Below are positions 56,840 to 64,000 of a stretch of DNA of 64,000 nucleotides, piece after piece. A program made the translations under genes and the position numbers. The notes under the pieces were generated by a model. The model made no database searches. It worked only from the letters and a program-made list of their open reading frames with translations, and had not been told where the DNA came from. The stretch lies in contig OX597824.1 of the NCBI GenBank assembly GCA_951406725.2, forward strand, positions 84,258,001-84,322,000, written 5' to 3'. Each line of letters begins with the position of its first letter. Within the stretch, counting starts at the first letter, position 1. The DNA comes from Octopus vulgaris. Lineage: Eukaryota.

Positions 56840-58810
56840 TATTCAGAGGAATTCCATCTGTTTTTTATGTTTTATTTATATTCTTTATAATATTAATGAA
56901 GAATATAGAATATATAGTATAAATAATATATATATAGGAAAATGAAATGAAGTATTGATTGTCTTATTGAATAGATGAAATGTTGAATAGAAACTGTGTT
57001 TCAACACACACATATATATATGCACACACATACACACACACACACACACACACTTGTGTGTGTGTGTGTGTGCATGTGTGTGTGTGCATGTGTGTGTGTG
57101 TGATGGCAAGAAAGCCAAAATCAGTGTTCAAATGTCCTTCATGTTGACAGCAGTGTGGTAGATAAAACAATTGGAGATGTGAAGGCAGAGAAAGCACCTG
57201 GGTCTTTCAGTAACAGTTGCCCTAGATGCTTAAACTGTCTGGTAGAGTAAGACACAAGCAATTAGGCAGCACAGAAACAAAGTTTCATATATTCTAAATC
57301 TAGTGTGGCACAGCATCATCAACTACAAAAGCATGGAGCCGCACTAGAGAGAGAGAGAAGATGACACAAGCACCAAACTGTAGGTCCAGGTTATGCCAGT
57401 TACAGAATAAGCTGCAGCTCAATCAATCAGAAACTGAATTAACTTTGGGATCACCCTAAACTGAATTGTTTGTTTGTTCCTTCTCAAGCCATACTTGGCT
57501 CATAAGGACCGGTTTCCTTGGCGTATAGGTTCCCCACCTGGACAGGACGCCGGTCCGTCACAGGTGAGCTGCAAGATGCAGGAGGAAAGAGTGAGAGAAA
57601 GTTGTGGTGAAAGAGTCAGCAGAAGTTCGCCATTACCTTCTGCTGGAGCCGCGTGGAGCTTAGGTGTTTTCGCTCATAAACACACACCTCACCTGGTCTG
57701 AGATTTGAACCTGCGATCCCTCGACCGCGAGTTCGCTGCTCTAACCACTAGGCCAGAAGCGGGCGAAAGCATCCAGGAAAGGCGCTGGATCCGTCGAACA
57801 ATGAAAACAACGAACGAAACTGAATTAACTTTAACTTAGGGCTCAACCTTAACTCCATCACATGTTGACACCCCTATTGTTTGACTTTTCCAAGTGCATC
57901 ATCATACTAACGTTTGTTTATTAGCTTCACTGTGGCCAATTCTATCTCTTCAGATTTTGCACTAGTTGTGTACCTCCTGGTACACAGCCAATATTATATT
58001 TTTATTCATTTATTTTTACCAATGTTTTATTGCAATTATTTTTCTCTAATATTACTCATAATTTTCTCTCATTTCTCTAATCTCATTGAACTCAATTGTC
58101 CATTCCCCCCTTTTTTTCTCTTTTTTATCGCCTTTTCATTTATATGGTTTATGTTCACCTCCATTGATTTCTTTTTGCTGCTTTATGTACCTCACTAATT
58201 TACTTCCCTCACAGAACTAAATTTTCTTTGTCTTGCACTAGTGTTGTACCTCTCTTTCTCCTCTCTCGTCCATAACTTTCCTCCACATTACAGCATCTAA
58301 CACCCATACCCTTACATACACTTCTATCATTCCGTCCATTTCCCTTTCTTTCCTTTTACCTTGCACTCATGCCTACTTTCACTTTCTCACATTTACACTT
58401 TTCTCAGACACAGTTAATGATTACATACACACACAGCAACACCCCACACCTTCACTAACCCACACCACTATACTTCTGTACTTGGAAACCTCCACACACA
58501 CGGATACACTCCTATACATTCACATATATACATGCACCTGTTCCTTTCTCCCTTCTTAACTCTCCCCATATAACTACATTCCCATCTTATTCCTAATGAC
58601 TTACGCAGTTTTATCTTTCTTTTTCCAACCATTTTTTCTCTTTCATCTTTCCCCTTTACTTTTCTTCTATGCTTTCCTTCTGATGAAGGGTCAGTGTCCA
58701 AAACATTAAGACTCTTTCCCTCATTTTCAAGTGTTTATAACTAATACAATATTTGTTAAAACTTGTCTCTCCTGTGTTGCCTTTTGCTTTACATTTGTTC
58801 ATTACTTTTC

Positions 58811-58845
<35 letters not shown>

Positions 58846-59594
58846 ACATACACATATATCTATAGCCACATACCGATGTGTCTGTGTGTGTATATATATA
58901 TATACACGCATGCACATATATCTACAGCCACATATAGATGCACACACACACACATGAATGTATATGTATGTATGTATCTAGTGTGTGTAATGTATTAGTT
59001 AATTAATTAATTACAACATCATCATCATCATTTAACGTTCGCTTTCCATGCTGGCATGGGTTGAACGGCTTGACTGGGGACTGGTTAGCCAGATCGCTGC
59101 ACCGAGCTCCAATCTGATCTGGCAGAGTTTCTACAGCTGGATGCCCTTCCTAATGCCAACCACTCTGAGAATGTAGTGGGTGCTTTTACGTGCCATCAGC
59201 ACAAGGGCCAGTCAGGCGATACTGGCAATGGCCACGCACAAATGGTGTTTTTACATGTCACCTGCACAGGAGCCAGTCCAGTGGCACTGGCAACACCCTT
59301 GCTCAAATGTTGTTTTTCACGTACCACAGGCACAAGTGCCAGTAAGGCAATGCTGGTAATGATCACGCTAACGAATGATATTCTAAAAGCAATATCACCT
59401 TGAACTTCATTAACAAATTGTGTTTTAATTTTTAAAGACAATATTTGACATCGTTAGTATTTGAACTCAAAATACAAATGGGCAAAAATGAATGCTTAAT
59501 CTGAAGCTCTAGCAGTCCTTCCAGTTTTGTTTTGTTTATTTTCTCCCCCTGTTTGATAACCATTTCAATATATGATTGTTCATTTCTTTTGCAG

Positions 59595-59669
59595 ATTAAA
59601 ACATCCGAATATAGTTCAACTTTTGGATGTGTTCGAAGACAAACAGAGAGTCTTCCTAGTGATGGAGCT
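59595..59669 (+). CDS. CAMK1: Next coding exon of the CaMKI-like kinase (LKHPNIVQLLDVFEDKQRVFLVMEL)
   Basis: tttcttttgcag acceptor and CT|GTAAGT donor; 75 nt, phase 2-2. Splices in frame to the 42144-42278 exon (AG+A = Arg). HPNIV motif. Not present in the ORF track. Confidence 0.93.
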
Positions 59670-60043
59670 GTAAGTTGATCATTTCCTTTACAACCTCTAT
59701 AAAGTAATTTGTCAAAGGTCTGGGCTGGTTATCTTTCAGAACGATCATTCTAATGGGTTCTCTGTCTCAGTGTTTTACATGATGGGTTGGTGGTAGAGGA
59801 AGAACATCTGTGAACACTGAATAGGGGTACAAACAAATTACCACATGTAATAAAATTAAAATGGCTTTAAACTTTTCAAATTTATCCAAAGCCATACCAA
59901 AGAAAAGAGAATTATATCAATGCAAATTTTAAAGAAGTGAGTTAAAAAAATTTCACAATTGTTTTTGAGTTGGGGTGCGGTATTTGTCAGTTTCAAAATT
60001 GCTACTCTATTTGACTCAGTGATGTGAATTTCATTTGTTAAAT

Positions 60044-60350
60044 CAGGGGTTCTCAACCATTTTTATCCCTGGACCCTTTTGATTACTATTTTATTCTGGT
60101 CTACCTCAATAGCCATTCGATGTTTCAAAACTAATTTTATAGTGTTATTTATTACTGTTTTCATACATTAATTTGTGTAGGTTGAACTATGTAAAATGTT
60201 ATAAGATGTTTCTTGCAATACATATTGATACATACATCTAAAGCAAAATTTTTTCAAGGGCCCTTAGAATACTATTGTGGACTCCCAATTTACTATTTTA
60301 CTATGTGGACCCCCCCCAAAATTTTATATGGACCCTGGTTAAGAACCACT
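60044..60350. mobile_element. hAT (Charlie/MER5-like) non-autonomous element
   Basis: CAGGGGTTCTCAACC ... GGTTAAGAACCACT termini with subterminal ggacc(c) motifs. TSD eroded. Confidence 0.6.
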
Positions 60351-61034
60351 TTAAAGGGAAATTTGACAAGACAGTCAGTAGCCCGCTGACACTCGATGCT
60401 ACATCAAAGAGGCCAGGGAACAGAAGGAAGAAGAAGAAAGAAGACATGCACTCAATACCAGAGCTGAAGACACATCCGAAAGGGGTGGGGGGCACCATGT
60501 CAAAACAGTAGAGGAGTAGGGGCTGAAACCGGACGTGGTTTCTCCTGATCATGTCTTGAGCTAACTGGATCCTATAAAGGAGCTTTTGTGGTAGCAGACC
60601 ACGAAACATGGTTGAAATTCCTCAGAATCAACTAAACCTCTTTTTTTGTATTTATTCTATTTACTGTTTGTTACTTGACCACTCAGTCAGAATTATAAAA
60701 AGCTTGACCTAAAACTGTATCATTTTCCATCACTGCTTCATGCAGCTACTTACATATTTTTCCAGCCTGGCAGCTTACACACACAAATTAGTAAATAATA
60801 TTTCCCAGTTTCTTTTTATATAGCTTAGCTTTTCAGTCAATGCAGAGTCATCTCTCTTGGTAACTGTTACCAAAGATAGTTATGAAGTTAGAATTGCATC
60901 TACCAATCCATAGAGGATGAACCCATGTGGTTGAGAAGCAAACTTCTTAATCGCACATGGCCATGACTGAGTTTATATATACATACATGTATATATATGC
61001 TAACCTGGGTTAGATGAATATATTATCAAGGCAC

Positions 61035-61625
61035 TCAATAATGATGATGATGAGCATGTCCCTTAGTGGCTGACGATATGTGCATCTTTGATGACATGCA
61101 CTGTCATCAAAGTGACACTGGAGTAAAATATACGAAGCCCAGTATACCCATCATGACTACTCGTCTGATAAGAGTACACTAGGCACATGCATCACAACCA
61201 TGTGTGCACGACAAGATAAACAGTGCATGACCTTGCAGGTGAGGCCTAGTTAGAATTTTCTTCTGGTCAAGTAGCCCATCCCGTTCAAAAGGTCCCTGAA
61301 TAAGGGTTGTTTAAGGATATTGAACAAAACACCCATGTTTCCAGAGGTGACTTATTCGAACCCCAAATAATCCCTCTCAACAGATGGCTATTATGTTCCC
61401 CCACTACTTCTGCTTGTGATCAGAGATGCACATATTGTCAGCCACTAAGGGACACACTCAACTGGTTACGGTCAAACAATTGACTAGCAAATCTGCGGTA
61501 TTGAGCAAAATATTTGCTGTAGCCCATCTTTTATACCAAGACAAAACAATGTACATGATAACACTTCCAATCAGTTAAGATCAGAAGCCATGAGAACCAC
61601 TGCCTGGTACTGCATCAGAGCATTT
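61035..61625. mobile_element. Unclassified ~520-bp repeat ending in (TTA)n; second copy 62263-62772
   Basis: Two colinear copies 1.2 kb apart. Confidence 0.7.
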
Positions 61626-61644
61626 ATTATTATTATTATTATTG

Positions 61645-61710
<66 letters not shown>

Positions 61711-62769
61711 TTATTATTGTGCCAAAATTTGAAACCAATATAAGCCCCAACTTTACATTTAAGACCCTGATTCTTTGAGATAGTGTTTTGAGAAGAAAAG
61801 TGTGTGTTATATGCCATGAAATATAGTAAGTTGCTTCAGGAATCACTTAACTAATGTAAATCATTGTATAGCTGCCGTTGTTTGTCATTTACCTGCAATA
61901 CCTAGAGTTTTTTTTATTAGTTTTATGGCTAGCAGATTGAAATCAAGACCTGTCAAGACTATAATAAACACAGCTATTGTAAGAATAACTTTAAAGGTCA
62001 TTGCTCTGATCCATTAGCTAATTACAGTAGAGTAAGGTGTAAATTAACATATATAATAACGTAAGTCTTCTTCTAACATACACTGTGATTTCACACAATG
62101 TATTTTCACTTTTAAAACTATATCATACAACAACCTACCTAATATAAACTACTTTATATATGATGTATGTAAGATTGTTTATATTAGGTGGGTGGTGCTG
62201 TGATGTAGTTCATCATCATCATCGTTTAACGTCCGCTTTCCATGCTAGCATGGGTCGGACGATAGTGACACTGGGATAAAATATACGAAGCCCAGTATAC
62301 CCATCATGACTTCTCGTCTGATAAGGGTACACCAGGCACATGCATCACAACCATGTGTGCGCGACATGGTGATCTCATATCAAGATAAACAGCACATGAC
62401 CTTGCAGGTGGGGCCCAGTTAGAATTTTCTTCAGGTTGAGTAGCCCATCCCGCTCAAAAGGTCCCTGAATAAGGATTGTTTAAGGATGTTGAAAGAACCA
62501 CCCATGTTTCCAGAGGTGAATTATTCAAACCCTAAAGAATCCCTCTCAACACACGGCTATGATGCTCCCTCACTACTTCTGCTCATGATCAGAAATGCAC
62601 ATATTGTCAACCACTGAGGGACATGCTCAACTGGTTAAGGTCAAATAACTGACAAGCAAATCTGTGGTATTGAGCAGAATATTTGCTGTAGCCCATCTTT
62701 TATACCAAGACAAAACAATGTACATGATAACACTTCCAATCAGTTAAGATCAGAAGCCATGAGAGCCAC

Positions 62770-62802
<33 letters not shown>

Positions 62803-62963
62803 GTTTGACTTTTGCTTTGTATTTGTACAAGTTGACTCCAAGTTTCACCCAGAGACCTCAAGAGACAACAAGTTAGAACTTCATGTTGGTGTTATGCCTA
62901 GGATGTCATATATTTGGTTTTGTACATAGTATTGTTCTAGAGAGTATTATTATTATTATTATT

Positions 62964-62998
<35 letters not shown>

Positions 62999-63012
62999 TA
63001 TTCAAGAGAATA

Positions 63013-63053
<41 letters not shown>

Positions 63054-63694
63054 GTTGTTATTATTATTATTATTACTATTATTATTATTAGCCTATGTGA
63101 TTTCTCTTTTTCTTTCTTTTTTCTCCTTTTTTTTTATATTTATCACATTTAATTGAGTCATTAATTCCTTTCATTAACAATCCAAATATTATTCAACTCT
63201 TCTGAAACAGAATCTTCCTTGGTTTAACATTACTTCATAGTAATTGATTGCTTCCTAATCCCTGTGGTACTCATAATGAATGCCATCCTTGTTTATAAGA
63301 ATGGTGGTGGAGATAAACACTACATGTGTATTCATAAATATGAAGTAATTGCAATCAGTGCAGGCACGGATATGTGGTTAAGAAGCTCACTCAGCAATCA
63401 TGTGGTTTCAGGTTCAATCTCTATAACCGTACACCAACCAATTCCTTATTGTCTGTGAATTTGGTAGGTGGAAACCGGGTTACACATCAGGCCTCGTGAT
63501 TAAACTAAAAGCCTGCAACGTTCAAGCAAATGAGGGAGTGCCTTAGGGCCAGAGTAAGTAAGACCCATAGAGGCCCTAAAAACTTTTTTAAAATTTTGGT
63601 GCCCCCCCCCCCCCCATATAAATGTAATTCAAAATATAAACAATAATAAACCATGAAAGTAAGATGGAAAATAATGTTTATTTTTATATTTTTC

Positions 63695-64000
63695 TACTCT
63701 TTTACTCTTCTACTTGTTTCAGTCATGTGACTGTGACCATGCTGGAGTACCGCCTTTAATCGAGCAAATCGACCCCAGGACCTATTCTTTGTAAGCCCAG
63801 TACTTATTCTATCGGTCTCTTTTGCTGAACAGCTAAGTTACGGGGACGTAAACACACCAGCATCGGTTGTCGAGCGATGTTGGATTGACAAACACAGACA
63901 TACAAACACACACACACACATATATATATATATACATATATACGATGGGCTTCTTTCAGTTTCTGTCTACCAAATCCACTCACAAGGCTTTGGTCGGCCC
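63695..64000 (-). mobile_element. SINE family A copy (runs off the window end)
   Basis: Reverse complement of family A. Confidence 0.85.

Noticed and set aside
60463-60615. Two hammerhead-like strings (ctgaaga..aaaac and ctgatca..gaaacatg)
   Set aside because: Stems I and III cannot be paired convincingly and the cores are mutated; at best a very old remnant.

Overview
Eukaryotic, AT-rich and extremely repeat-dense window. Its tRNA-derived SINE families and microsatellite load point to a cephalopod, most likely an octopus (inference). The only host-gene sequence I can support is two small + strand exons (42144-42278, 59595-59669) of a Ca2+/calmodulin-dependent protein kinase I (CaMKI-like) gene, so most of the window is probably intron. 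Nearly all ORF-track entries are microsatellite or SINE artefacts. The rest is a layered mobilome: at least four SINE families (one with swappable tails), decayed Tc1, pogo/Tigger, mariner, hAT, R4/Dong, CR1 and Penelope (GIY-YIG) elements, Helitrons (one carrying a Pif1 fragment) and a Helentron-type HINE. The most notable signal is a set of short, non-coding elements, mostly embedded in (TA)n and often fold-back, that carry type I hammerhead ribozyme motifs. Clear folds are at 3114-3160, 14918-15022 and an inverted pair at 16223-16343. Variant or degenerate cores are at 14067, 19213, 34656-34933, 40340, 47777 and 58677. They look like several distinct families of non-autonomous Penelope-type or retrozyme-like elements. 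All calls were made by eye; no searches or folding software were run.
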